The notes below the pieces were generated by a model that saw nothing but the letters and a program-made list of their open reading frames with translations, did not search any database and had not been told where the DNA came from. Below are positions 1 through 7,904 of a stretch of 64,000 nt of DNA, one piece after another. The translations under genes were made by a program, and so were the position numbers. This stretch comes from a virus: the IMG/VR virus record IMGVR_UViG_3300021962_000066, positions 1 to 64,000 of that record. The stretch is one strand, 5' to 3'. The stretch's first letter is position 1, and every line of letters begins with the position of its first letter.

Positions 1-67
1 AGAGCCGTATAAACAGTAGAGAACAGTAGAGAGCCGTATAAACAGTAGAGAGCCGTATAAACAGTAG
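1..67. repeat. Tandem repeat of 19-bp unit AGAGCCGTATAAACAGTAG (3 full copies plus one 10-bp partial), may continue left of the window
   Basis: Copies at 1-19, 30-48 and 49-67; partial AGAACAGTAG at 20-29. Confidence 0.9.
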
Positions 68-510
68 CAGATCCCCCCACAATTTTTCTAATTATATCCG
101 GAAATCCCAGTAAAAGCCAGCTTTTTCTTCAGTGAAGCAGTAATCAATCGAGCCGATATATCGTATAACTGGCAAGCAGAAAAGCTAGGAAAACAGTAAT
201 ATGTAGTAGTCTAGTACTGGTTACTGCATATAAGATGGAGTAGTACCGTGTAGGCTACTGTGCCTAGGACCTGGAACTGGTACCTAGGCCTCGCAAAAGA
301 GAAGGAACTGGCGCAGCAGAAGGAGATTTGAGTGGTAATTAGGAGGGAAGGGGGGAGGGCACGTAGTAGAAACCCCGGAATCATTCAATGAAAAGCAATA
401 CCGCCGTAGGGGGAGAGGCTTTTTTTTCTGATTTTTAGTTGAGTTTTTTTGCGGAGCAGCTAAGGTTCTATTGTAGCGGATCAATATAACAACCATACAA
501 TTAATTAGAC

Positions 511-834
511 ATGACAAAATTAGACTGGCGTACAGGTACCGGAGTAAATCTAGGTAAGGTATTAGATGGTGTAAAGAGGCTATACGAAGAGAATACCGTA
601 AGCGATAATGCAAAGGAGAGGGATAAGTCATGGAGTATGAATAAGGCTGACATCTCTATCTATACTGATGTTGATCGTTACGAGGTAGCAAGCGACAGCA
701 ATGGTTACGTCTGGCTCATCAAGTATCATAATGATGAGCAAGAGTACCGGGTGGTTACCTGTTCTTCAAACAAATTTCTGAGTAAGATCTTCGACATAGA
801 CAAAATCGTTAGGACCGACGATTGTATCTATTAA
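511..834 (+). CDS. Hypothetical phage protein
   Basis: 107-aa ORF, ATG start after an A-rich leader, same orientation as the neighbouring cassettes. Confidence 0.7.
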   Translation: MTKLDWRTGTGVNLGKVLDGVKRLYEENTVSDNAKERDKSWSMNKADISIYTDVDRYEVASDSNGYVWLIKYHNDEQEYRVVTCSSNKFLSKIFDIDKIVRTDDCIY

Positions 835-852
835 TCTTGCTCGGTTAGCTCG

Positions 853-963
853 CCCTACTGCAGAAACCGAGTATCCGCATTTACCGATGCATCGGTGAGG
901 TTAATTGGGGAATATACCTTACTGAAGGAACCACGGAGTGATTTCTGCAGTAGGGTTTTTTTT
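853..963 (+). terminator. Long stem-loop element ending in poly-T (terminator or structured RNA)
   Basis: CCCTACTGCAGAAA pairs with TTTCTGCAGTAGGG, followed by a T-run; internal palindrome ACCGATGCATCGGT. Confidence 0.6.
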
Positions 964-966
964 CTT

Positions 967-1029
967 TTGCCATTTAACGGAGGAGGCTCTATTATATCTC
1001 TGGTCGGTAAACAACAAACAAAAAATAAC
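967..1029 (+). promoter_or_regulatory. Early promoter family A, copy 1
   Basis: TTGCCA-17-TATTAT, GTCGGTA at 1003, A-rich leader to ATG 1030. Confidence 0.8.
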
Positions 1030-1326
1030 ATGAAAACAAAATTCGAAGATCCTGAGTTCAAAGTCCTAGATGATACTGGCAAGATTAATTATTTTGTCGA
1101 TAGCTTTGGTAGCGATGGCTTCCAAGATACTGCTGGGCTAAAGAAACTAATACTTGATACGTTTAAAATTACTAAGAGTGAAATGAAAGACTATACAGTT
1201 GAGGAGCATATCCAAATTACCGTTAACTACTTTGCTATGGGCTTGTACGATCTAAAGATGAAGATCCATGCTAAATCCTGGGGACAGTCAACAGCCCATA
1301 CTTTTGCTGCACACCAAAACAATTAG
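1030..1326 (+). CDS. Hypothetical protein (start moved from 895 to ATG 1030)
   Basis: ATG directly follows the family-A promoter/leader. Confidence 0.75.
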   Translation: MKTKFEDPEFKVLDDTGKINYFVDSFGSDGFQDTAGLKKLILDTFKITKSEMKDYTVEEHIQITVNYFAMGLYDLKMKIHAKSWGQSTAHTFAAHQNN

Positions 1327-1335
1327 ACAAAACAG

Positions 1336-1401
1336 TTGCAGTCTATCTCATCAGGAGCTAGACTGTAACTGTCGGTAAACAACAAACAAAAGGTAAACAG
1401 T
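1336..1401 (+). promoter_or_regulatory. Early promoter family A, copy 2
   Basis: TTGCAG-17-TAGACT, GTCGGTAAACAACAAACAAAA leader shared with copy 1. Confidence 0.8.
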
Positions 1402-2202
1402 ATGTCAAAGAAAAATAAAACGGTTAAGCAGGTTAAGCAGGTTAAGGTCGCTGAAGCGATTGTCACGGTACCTGGAGTGGTTAATACTCTGGTACTCGAT
1501 TATTCTCGATCAGCTGCTGAAGAATTGGTTACTCAAGTGGTAGCTGAAGTGGCTCCTGCGGCAGATCAGCCTTATAATAAAGCAGTCGATGTGCTTCAGA
1601 AGGCATTTATCTACTTCAACGAAGCGCTCGCGGAGAAGGAACTCGATAAGGTCCCGGTCATCACGATTCAGTCGAAAGGTCGCCGGTGTGCCTATGGGTG
1701 GTTCTGGGATTCTACTTGGAAGTCAGGTGATGATTATCGCCCGGAGATCAACATCTCCGCTGAGCATCTCTCGCGCTCAGCTCATGCAATCATGGAGACT
1801 TTGATCCATGAGATGGCTCATATGATCAATGCTAAGCGTAAGGTTAAGGACTGCAATGCCTCTCAGTATCATAATAAGAACTTCAAGGCGACCGCTGAAG
1901 CGATCGGGCTCACGGTCTCTAAGATGGGAACGCACGGCTATGCTAAAACCGAGCTCGGCGATAAGGCTCGGGCTGCGGTAACTTCCTTCGTTGCTTCTAA
2001 CGATTGCTCGGTGTTCGATACGTTTAATCGCGTCGATCATAAGCGGACCTGGCGCAAGATCTTTACGATTCCGTGCACCGAGACGGCGAAGAGCTGGTTC
2101 GAGTCCGAAGCTATTGAGCTGGGAATTACGCAGAAAGATCTGGTGGATATGATCATTACCAGCTATAATAAAGAGACGGCAGTCGTGACTGCTGTTGATT
2201 GA
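1402..2202 (+). CDS. SprT-like zinc metalloprotease domain protein
   Basis: TLIHEMAH (HExxH) followed by YHNKNFK, the SprT-family pattern. Confidence 0.8.
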   Translation: MSKKNKTVKQVKQVKVAEAIVTVPGVVNTLVLDYSRSAAEELVTQVVAEVAPAADQPYNKAVDVLQKAFIYFNEALAEKELDKVPVITIQSKGRRCAYGWFWDSTWKSGDDYRPEINISAEHLSRSAHAIMETLIHEMAHMINAKRKVKDCNASQYHNKNFKATAEAIGLTVSKMGTHGYAKTELGDKARAAVTSFVASNDCSVFDTFNRVDHKRTWRKIFTIPCTETAKSWFESEAIELGITQKDLVDMIITSYNKETAVVTAVD

Positions 2203-2214
2203 GTCACCTAAGAG

Positions 2215-2260
2215 GCGTGGTGGGTTACAGAGAATCACCTTATCTGATAACCCACCACGC
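2215..2260 (+). terminator. GC-rich hairpin after the SprT-like gene
   Basis: GCGTGGTGGGTTA / TAACCCACCACGC inverted repeat. Confidence 0.6.
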
Positions 2261-2375
2261 ATAATGATACTAAACGATTATTTTTGTTGAACTATTATTA
2301 TTGTTTGTCTATAATAGCAAACATGAAAGATATTAGCCGATCGCGTATCTACCGAAATTATAGTCACTCTGGTAT

Positions 2376-2636
2376 ATGAAAAACTTAAACAAGTTGAATC
2401 CGTCTATATATAGGCTCCATAAGAGCACGGCTCAGTCAAAGACCTATGAGTGGTATGATGAGGTAAACGAAAGGCTCACCGTAGTTAACACCGTCTCAGA
2501 TGAGTTTACGGTAAATGCTGAGGTACACGAATCACCTCTCTTCTTGAAAAAGGAGGAAGCACGAAAGGAACTAAGGTGTAAGACGACCATACGACTCGGC
2601 AAGGACTTCATCCGAATACTGGCTCAGAGTCTTTAG
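2376..2636 (+). CDS. Hypothetical protein
   Basis: 86-aa ORF; upstream TTGAAC-17-TATAAT promoter at 2287-2315. Confidence 0.65.
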   Translation: MKNLNKLNPSIYRLHKSTAQSKTYEWYDEVNERLTVVNTVSDEFTVNAEVHESPLFLKKEEARKELRCKTTIRLGKDFIRILAQSL

Positions 2637-2639
2637 AAT

Positions 2640-2930
2640 CATGCGCTAGTTAATAACTAGCGCCGCACGACCTTATCATGTGCGTCACAGAGCACGGGGA
2701 ATTGAATCGAGTTTCTCCGCATTTCGTCCTCGACCTTACCGGCTAGAGGGTTATGCTCGTTAATATAAGGCGCCGGTAGAGGGACTGGAACTGGCAACGG
2801 TACTGCAGTGCGCTACGCTCAAGGGTCGATCTGAGGATCGATGTATTGCAGATGGAGACCGCAACTGGAACTGGTCTAGGGATTGCAGAAGGCGAATTAA
2901 ACCCCTCGTCTTCTGCAGTCCGCCTTTTTT
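2640..2930 (+). ncRNA. Candidate structured non-coding RNA ending in an intrinsic terminator
   Basis: GC-richer interval with no ORF in the supplied track, several hairpins, final GATTGCAGAAGGCGA...TCGTCTTCTGCAGTC stem then a T-run. Confidence 0.35.
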
Positions 2931-2940
2931 AAAATAAAGC

Positions 2941-2997
2941 TGGCAACATTCTTAAGAAGAGACTATCATTTGTCAGTCAGTAAAACAAAAAAAAAAA
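2941..2997 (+). promoter_or_regulatory. Early promoter family A, copy 3
   Basis: TGGCAA-17-TATCAT, GTCAGTA at 2976, poly-A leader. Confidence 0.7.
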
Positions 2998-3273
2998 ATG
3001 AAACCATTACTCAAATTCTTAACTCATAATTTTACGGTCGGGGTGCAGGAGAAGGACATCGAGTGTATCGAGATCTGCTCGTGCACCAAGCACGGTATCA
3101 TCTTGCAGGACAAGTGGCATCATCTTGGGCACATGCGGGTAGGCATCGAAGCGACGGAGATCGCTGAGCAGCTGAAAATGACTCCGCTTGAGCTAAGGGA
3201 CTTGCTTCGGGCTCACGGCGCTACGAAAAAGAAGAAGGTAAAGAGAGTGATCAGTTACCCTCTTTACGATTAA
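2998..3273 (+). CDS. Hypothetical protein
   Basis: 91-aa ORF behind a family-A promoter. Confidence 0.75.
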   Translation: MKPLLKFLTHNFTVGVQEKDIECIEICSCTKHGIILQDKWHHLGHMRVGIEATEIAEQLKMTPLELRDLLRAHGATKKKKVKRVISYPLYD

Positions 3274-3277
3274 AACG

Positions 3278-3339
3278 TTGCTGTTTCCTCAATAATAAGC
3301 TATCATCTCTTTGTCGGTAAGATTAACAAAAAAAAAAAA
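3278..3339 (+). promoter_or_regulatory. Early promoter family A, copy 4
   Basis: TTGCTG-17-TATCAT, GTCGGTA at 3313, poly-A leader. Confidence 0.8.
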
Positions 3340-3675
3340 ATGAAATTACAAATTATTACTCACGAAGTTTCTATTCAAGAAATGGTTAAACACATAGTAG
3401 TATCTTTTACTGACCAGATTACAGATGCTACCCTCAGTAAGAATACCAGTGAACTTGAACACTGTCTAGTAGCATATAGCTATATGCTCAAAGTAATGTC
3501 AGAAGGAGACATCAATGCTATCCGCGAGCTCTTTAAAGCTGGTGATACAATGATAATACTGCCGGGTAACATATTCGAGCTTGTGGACGCTCCTGCTGCC
3601 TCCTTACACGAAATCAGGATATTTGATAATGAACTACTCCTAGGAGTCATCATCGACTCTGAGATTAAATACTGA
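3340..3675 (+). CDS. Hypothetical protein
   Basis: 111-aa ORF behind a family-A promoter. Confidence 0.75.
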   Translation: MKLQIITHEVSIQEMVKHIVVSFTDQITDATLSKNTSELEHCLVAYSYMLKVMSEGDINAIRELFKAGDTMIILPGNIFELVDAPAASLHEIRIFDNELLLGVIIDSEIKY

Positions 3676-3679
3676 TACT

Positions 3680-4078
3680 ATGAGTGATACCTATACTCTG
3701 TATAATAACACGGTGATGGACCATTTCTTGAACCCTCGTAATATGGGCGACCTGAAGGATGCCAATGCTATTGGTGAAGTCGGTGCGGCAGCGTGCGGTG
3801 ACATTATGAAGGTCAGCCTCAAGATTACAAACGGCATCATTGAAGATGCACGGTTTAAGACCTTTGGCTGCGGCTCAGCCATCGCTAGCTCTAGCATGGC
3901 GACTGAGCTTATTAAGGGTCGTAGCATTGATGAAGCAATGAAATTCTCGAACCAAGAAGTGGTAGATGCACTCGGAGGCCTACCGCCCGTGAAGATCCAC
4001 TGCTCCGTCCTTGCCGAGGAGGCTTTAAAGGCAGCGCTCGCAGATTACCTGAGAAAACATCCAATTACATCTAAATAA
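3680..4078 (+). CDS. iscU: Fe-S cluster assembly scaffold IscU/NifU-N (auxiliary metabolic gene)
   Basis: DHFLNPRNMG, CGD, FKTFGCGSAIASSS and LPPVKIHC motifs with all three conserved Cys. Confidence 0.95.
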   Translation: MSDTYTLYNNTVMDHFLNPRNMGDLKDANAIGEVGAAACGDIMKVSLKITNGIIEDARFKTFGCGSAIASSSMATELIKGRSIDEAMKFSNQEVVDALGGLPPVKIHCSVLAEEALKAALADYLRKHPITSK

Positions 4079-4281
4079 TGAATAATACTCGCAAACACTT
4101 TATTAAACAGCTCGATCTTCTTTTAGTTAAAAGATGCGGTCTCAGTCGTAATGACCTCCCCGACACGGTGTTCATTGATGATTACTACGAGGAGGATCTC
4201 GATGAGACGGAATTTGATAGTGTACTCAAAGAGTGTGCCTCAGCTATTCTCGAGGGTGCCGACCTCGATGTTTATGATTAA
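4078..4281 (+). CDS. Small acidic hypothetical protein
   Basis: 67-aa ORF coupled to iscU (TAATG overlap). Confidence 0.65.
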   Translation: MNNTRKHFIKQLDLLLVKRCGLSRNDLPDTVFIDDYYEEDLDETEFDSVLKECASAILEGADLDVYD

Positions 4282-4286
4282 TATTA

Positions 4287-4357
4287 TTGCCACTCTGTTA
4301 AGAAGCCTGTATAATCTATTTTGTCGGTATAATCAACAAACAACAATAGTTAAATAT
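4287..4357 (+). promoter_or_regulatory. Early promoter family A, copy 5
   Basis: TTGCCA-17-TATAAT, GTCGGTA at 4323. Confidence 0.8.
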
Positions 4358-4582
4358 ATGCACAACAACCTCGTATCTAAGATTAGTTCCATCAACGACC
4401 TTTACAATCGTGCTATTAAAGATGCACGGTATCTTAAGCTCGCTCTACTCTCTGCAAGCAACCTGGGTGGGTCTCCTCGGACTCTCCTGCAAGCAATTGA
4501 TTGGCTTAAAACCAACGCAATGGAAACCGATGAGCAGGGCGTGGTGGAAGAGATTAATTTCTGTCGCGACTTGGTCAGGTAA
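4358..4582 (+). CDS. Hypothetical protein (start moved to ATG 4358)
   Basis: ATG follows the family-A leader; MHNNLVSK... Confidence 0.7.
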   Translation: MHNNLVSKISSINDLYNRAIKDARYLKLALLSASNLGGSPRTLLQAIDWLKTNAMETDEQGVVEEINFCRDLVR

Positions 4583-4725
4583 ACTAGATAGCTGACTAAC
4601 GAATAGTCGTACCGGACGGCTACCGCGAAACCGTAAAGCTACAGTCCTCCGTTGTCGCAACTACAGCACGAAGCCGACGTCACCATTTAGACCTTTAATA
4701 AAAACTTAGTTATTATTTTAATACT

Positions 4726-4914
4726 ATGACATACAAAGAACTCGCTAATGCAATCAATAGTCTCAGTGAAGAGAGTCAGAATTGCGACGTAACCGTTGCT
4801 TGTGACACTTCCCATGAATGCCTACCTTCAACATTCTTTCACTGTATTGAGGAAGGCGATATGTTGGAGGGTGTTTTGGATATTGGTCATCCTATTATTC
4901 GTATTGATTACTAA
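4726..4914 (+). CDS. Hypothetical protein
   Basis: 62-aa ORF with an MTYKEL...DVTV N-terminus of a type common in phage small proteins; followed by a hairpin at about 4947-4977. Confidence 0.7.
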   Translation: MTYKELANAINSLSEESQNCDVTVACDTSHECLPSTFFHCIEEGDMLEGVLDIGHPIIRIDY

Positions 4915-5016
4915 TTATTCAAAGGGCATTTCGCACCCCCGCTCTCGGAGAGGTGGGGAGCTTATCCCCACCTCTCCCTCTCACTTGACTTAGTTTAATA
5001 AACCCGTTATCATAAT

Positions 5017-5556
5017 ATGATGATAAAGAATCTCTTCATTCACATGGCAGACGAGAGTACGAACTTTCTTGCTGAAATTTATCGTGGGGTACCGGGTAAG
5101 GTAATCCGAGATGATACATCAGTAGAGGAGATGAATCAATTGATTGCTGAGCATGACCGAGTGGTTATGATGGGTCACGGTTCGCCATCTGGTCTTTTCG
5201 GAATTAAAACTGGTTCGGTTATTGGAGTACGCAATGTGGAGGCTCTCAAAAATAAAGATAACATCTACATCTGGTGCCACGCATCAGCCTTCGTACGCAA
5301 TTATAATCTTAAAGGCTTCTCCACGGGCATGTTTATCTCAGAGGTAGGTGAAGCAATCTATTGTGGCATCAAGGAGAGCTCAATACTTCAAGAGAAAGTG
5401 ACTAAATCTAACGATACGTTTGCATCACTGGTACGTGAGTATATTGAACAGCCCACTGCAGAGATTTATGATCACGTTGGTAGCTACTACAATAGCCGGT
5501 ACCACGACCACCCGGTGGTGGCGTACAATAGTAGTCGCCTAGTACTATTTACTTAG
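5017..5556 (+). CDS. Hypothetical protein, possible caspase/gingipain-like His-Cys fold
   Basis: VVMMGHGS and IYIWCHA motifs; TTGACT-17-TATCAT promoter at 4985-5013. Confidence 0.55.
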   Translation: MMIKNLFIHMADESTNFLAEIYRGVPGKVIRDDTSVEEMNQLIAEHDRVVMMGHGSPSGLFGIKTGSVIGVRNVEALKNKDNIYIWCHASAFVRNYNLKGFSTGMFISEVGEAIYCGIKESSILQEKVTKSNDTFASLVREYIEQPTAEIYDHVGSYYNSRYHDHPVVAYNSSRLVLFT

Positions 5557-5563
5557 AATTCTA

Positions 5564-5624
5564 TTGCAAGAGTTAGTGGGAGCAGCTATCATCACTCTGT
5601 CGGTAGAAATAGAATACAAACTAT
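5564..5624 (+). promoter_or_regulatory. Early promoter family A, copy 6
   Basis: TTGCAA-17-TATCAT, GTCGGTA at 5599. Confidence 0.8.
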
Positions 5625-5855
5625 ATGAATGATACAGGAACAATTATAGCAAATACACCGCACCAAATCAGAGCATATCGTATCTTTGCACTTAAGGCTG
5701 CTCTGGGGTTGGAAATTAAAGGTCTCAAACACTCACGGGGTATCTCCGCCTATGCTATTATAAAGAGGGAATTCGGATTCAAAGGCTCTAAGGCTAAGGT
5801 GTTACTGCAGTTGCAGCAGTGGGTTGATATAAACCTCCTCTCACCCAGCGTATAA
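5625..5855 (+). CDS. Hypothetical basic protein
   Basis: 76-aa ORF behind a family-A promoter. Confidence 0.75.
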   Translation: MNDTGTIIANTPHQIRAYRIFALKAALGLEIKGLKHSRGISAYAIIKREFGFKGSKAKVLLQLQQWVDINLLSPSV

Positions 5856-5858
5856 ACT

Positions 5859-6041
5859 ATGAAAGATCTTTGGGCATTACAGCGGTATAGTTCGAGAAGT
5901 GAATGGCCGCTAAAAAAGGGCTGGCAGATTTGGTTAACTTATGAGCACCGGCGTCGCGCAGAAATAGAGTGTGCCCTCCGCGTCGACGAAATCAGGCCAG
6001 AAGACAGGTTTAAAGTAAAATATCGAGTGGTAAAGATCTAA
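5859..6041 (+). CDS. Hypothetical protein
   Basis: 60-aa ORF 3 nt after the previous stop. Confidence 0.6.
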   Translation: MKDLWALQRYSSRSEWPLKKGWQIWLTYEHRRRAEIECALRVDEIRPEDRFKVKYRVVKI

Positions 6042-6214
6042 CTAGGCGTGGTGTTTCAGCGTCGATGAAGACAGGCATAAAGACTACGAGTGTACTAAGA
6101 CTAACCGAGTCACGATCGGGACGGATTACACTACATGTTTTATGCATGTTAAAGGATAGGAGGATCACCTGGCATCTCAAAGGGATCGTACGGGAGCTTA
6201 AAACAAAAAAGTAG

Positions 6215-6282
6215 TAGCATAGTTAGGTAAAAGCGTTTACACTATATTTGTTGGTAATAATAACAATAAACAAAGAAATTAA
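6215..6282 (+). promoter_or_regulatory. Early promoter family A, copy 7 (divergent)
   Basis: TAGCAT-17-TACACT, GTTGGTA at 6250, A-rich leader. Confidence 0.65.
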
Positions 6283-6513
6283 ATGAACAAAATTACAGAT
6301 ATGCTATACCTATTCTTCTACGACCAGGCTGGGTTCATCAGCATCCGGTTCTGGCGAGAGGTAACAATGGATGAGATAGACGTAATTACTGATAAGTACG
6401 GCTCCCTGGAGGATGCTGCATTCGAAGATACAGAACCTAATGAACGTTTTTGGGTCGTAACTGATACAGATTTAGAGCACATGCGCAATAAGATTAACGA
6501 AGTGTTAAAATAG
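6283..6513 (+). CDS. Hypothetical acidic protein
   Basis: 76-aa ORF behind a family-A promoter. Confidence 0.7.
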   Translation: MNKITDMLYLFFYDQAGFISIRFWREVTMDEIDVITDKYGSLEDAAFEDTEPNERFWVVTDTDLEHMRNKINEVLK

Positions 6514-6646
6514 TTGTTGAGAGATACGAAAAAGAAATTATACTAGTAAGTAATTAATGCGGGCTGTCTATCATATAGAATATATAGGGCAAATACTAAA
6601 AGGTTAGGACAACCTCCACCAGATAAGTAATCTGGCATACTGGTAT

Positions 6647-6751
6647 ATGAAATTGAAACACAAACTCAAACTCAAAAACAAAACTAAAAAAGCAATTCGT
6701 AAGCTTAGAAGCTGTCTCGACGCGCTAATTAAGACAGCAGTTAAGCGATAG
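6647..6751 (+). CDS. Possible 34-aa very basic peptide (not in ORF track)
   Basis: Manual translation MKLKHKLKLKNKTKKAIRKLRSCLDALIKTAVKR*. Confidence 0.4.
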   Translation: MKLKHKLKLKNKTKKAIRKLRSCLDALIKTAVKR

Positions 6752-6801
6752 CTCACTGATAAGAGAGTAAAATATTAACCGGTGTAAAAACCAAATTACC
6801 A

Positions 6802-6885
6802 ATGACCACTGCAATTATCATTATCGGGATAGCCACGTGCGTAGGAGTTATCGTACTATGCCTCTGCGCGGTAGCAAAGGACTAA
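6802..6885 (+). CDS. Possible 27-aa single-pass membrane peptide (not in ORF track)
   Basis: Manual translation MTTAIIIIGIATCVGVIVLCLCAVAKD*, A-rich leader. Confidence 0.5.
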   Translation: MTTAIIIIGIATCVGVIVLCLCAVAKD

Positions 6886-6928
6886 CATAGATACGTTGAT
6901 TATTACTCATATCAATATATATACTAAC

Positions 6929-7129
6929 ATGAGCAAACATTATCAGGACATTGAAAAGCAATTGATTGAGCAATTCGGATTGCAGCAGGTTAATCTCTGG
7001 TTGAGTCAGCTTGAGAATACCCACGGTGAGAATGGAATAGCCTCTTATAAGAGCGGTGACTTCAAACTACTCAAAGAGGTAATAGGAGATATTAAGCCGT
7101 CTAAATCCATCGAACTACTTCTAAGTTGA
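6929..7129 (+). CDS. Hypothetical protein (start moved to ATG 6929)
   Basis: MSKHYQDIEKQ...; first ATG of the ORF. Confidence 0.6.
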   Translation: MSKHYQDIEKQLIEQFGLQQVNLWLSQLENTHGENGIASYKSGDFKLLKEVIGDIKPSKSIELLLS

Positions 7130-7179
7130 TTTAATTGTAAGTTAATATAAGCTATATGTGAAAGGAGATATACACACAT

Positions 7180-7395
7180 ATGCCAATACACAATAAATCA
7201 GGCTATGAAATCAGGCTCGAGCTGTTACAAATGGCGATGGGATTGGTCAACGACCAGTACCATACCACATTAGATAATCAGAGAATGCATGCTGAGAAAA
7301 CCGGACTAACGGTTTTCGAAGTACCTTCTGATGATCGGGTGGCTAACGCTATAACGATTGCAACAGAGCTATATGGTTTCGTAGGCACGAAGTAA
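7180..7395 (+). CDS. Conserved T4-like phage hypothetical protein
   Basis: GYEIRLELLQMA...A.ELYGFV pattern recalled from T4-like phages; AGGAG SD; terminator hairpin at about 7427-7452. Confidence 0.75.
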   Translation: MPIHNKSGYEIRLELLQMAMGLVNDQYHTTLDNQRMHAEKTGLTVFEVPSDDRVANAITIATELYGFVGTK

Positions 7396-7473
7396 AAACG
7401 CCTCTTACTAGTTAATTAAATTCATGGAGCCTAGGTTTATTTCTAGGCTCCTTTCTTTTATATAGTCGAACGG

Positions 7474-7582
7474 TTAATTTCCCTACCGAATTCTATTGAT
7501 TGTTCCTTCTCGATATATTATTATAAATAAAGAATTAAGAATGAATCTTAATTAAGAAACAAAAGAAAGAAAAAACAAAATG
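7474..7582 (+). repeat. Promoter/leader repeat family B, copy 1
   Basis: GAATTC-TATTGATT-17-TATTAT, then a purine-rich leader to ATG; 7485-7580 identical to 7909-8004. Confidence 0.95.
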
Positions 7583-7834
7583 AAAATTAAATATAATATT
7601 ATTAGAAATGAAATGGAAGGGCCTAATATTAATGATGTAGGAGAGTTCAAGGTGAGTAAGTGGGAAAGGTATGAGTTGACTGATAAGTTTAATGAAAAAC
7701 TTGGTGAAGAGTATTTATTTAGGGCTAAAAGTGAGAGTGAGTTTAGGAAGCACTATAAGGTAATTACAAAAGATGATTGGATGGTGATGATAGATATGGA
7801 TCACTATGAGGTCATCAACTTTGTAAAAGCTTAA
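7580..7834 (+). CDS. Hypothetical cassette protein (C-poor gene)
   Basis: ATG at the end of repeat B1; followed by a terminator. Confidence 0.8.
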   Translation: MKIKYNIIRNEMEGPNINDVGEFKVSKWERYELTDKFNEKLGEEYLFRAKSESEFRKHYKVITKDDWMVMIDMDHYEVINFVKA

Positions 7835-7847
7835 TGTAAGTCGGAAG

Positions 7848-7882
7848 GAATTCCATCTGGTAATTCAGATGGAACTTTTTTA
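7848..7882 (+). terminator. Intrinsic terminator, repeated at 8838
   Basis: TCCATCTGGTAATTCAGATGGA hairpin plus T-run. Confidence 0.8.
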
Positions 7883-7904
7883 ATTATAATTTCCCTAAGA
7901 TAAT

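Noticed and set aside
1-67. 19-bp repeats as a mini-CRISPR
   Set aside because: Units abut directly with no unique spacers
1589-2262. Overlapping ORFs 1589-1804 (+) and 1777-2262 (-), and similar short antisense/alternate-frame ORFs throughout the track
   Set aside because: They overlap well-supported genes and lack promoters, motifs or plausible composition
4583-4725. tRNA or other known RNA in GC-richer gaps (also 6042-6200)
   Set aside because: Only short hairpins; no cloverleaf, T-loop GTTCRA or CCA end recognisable
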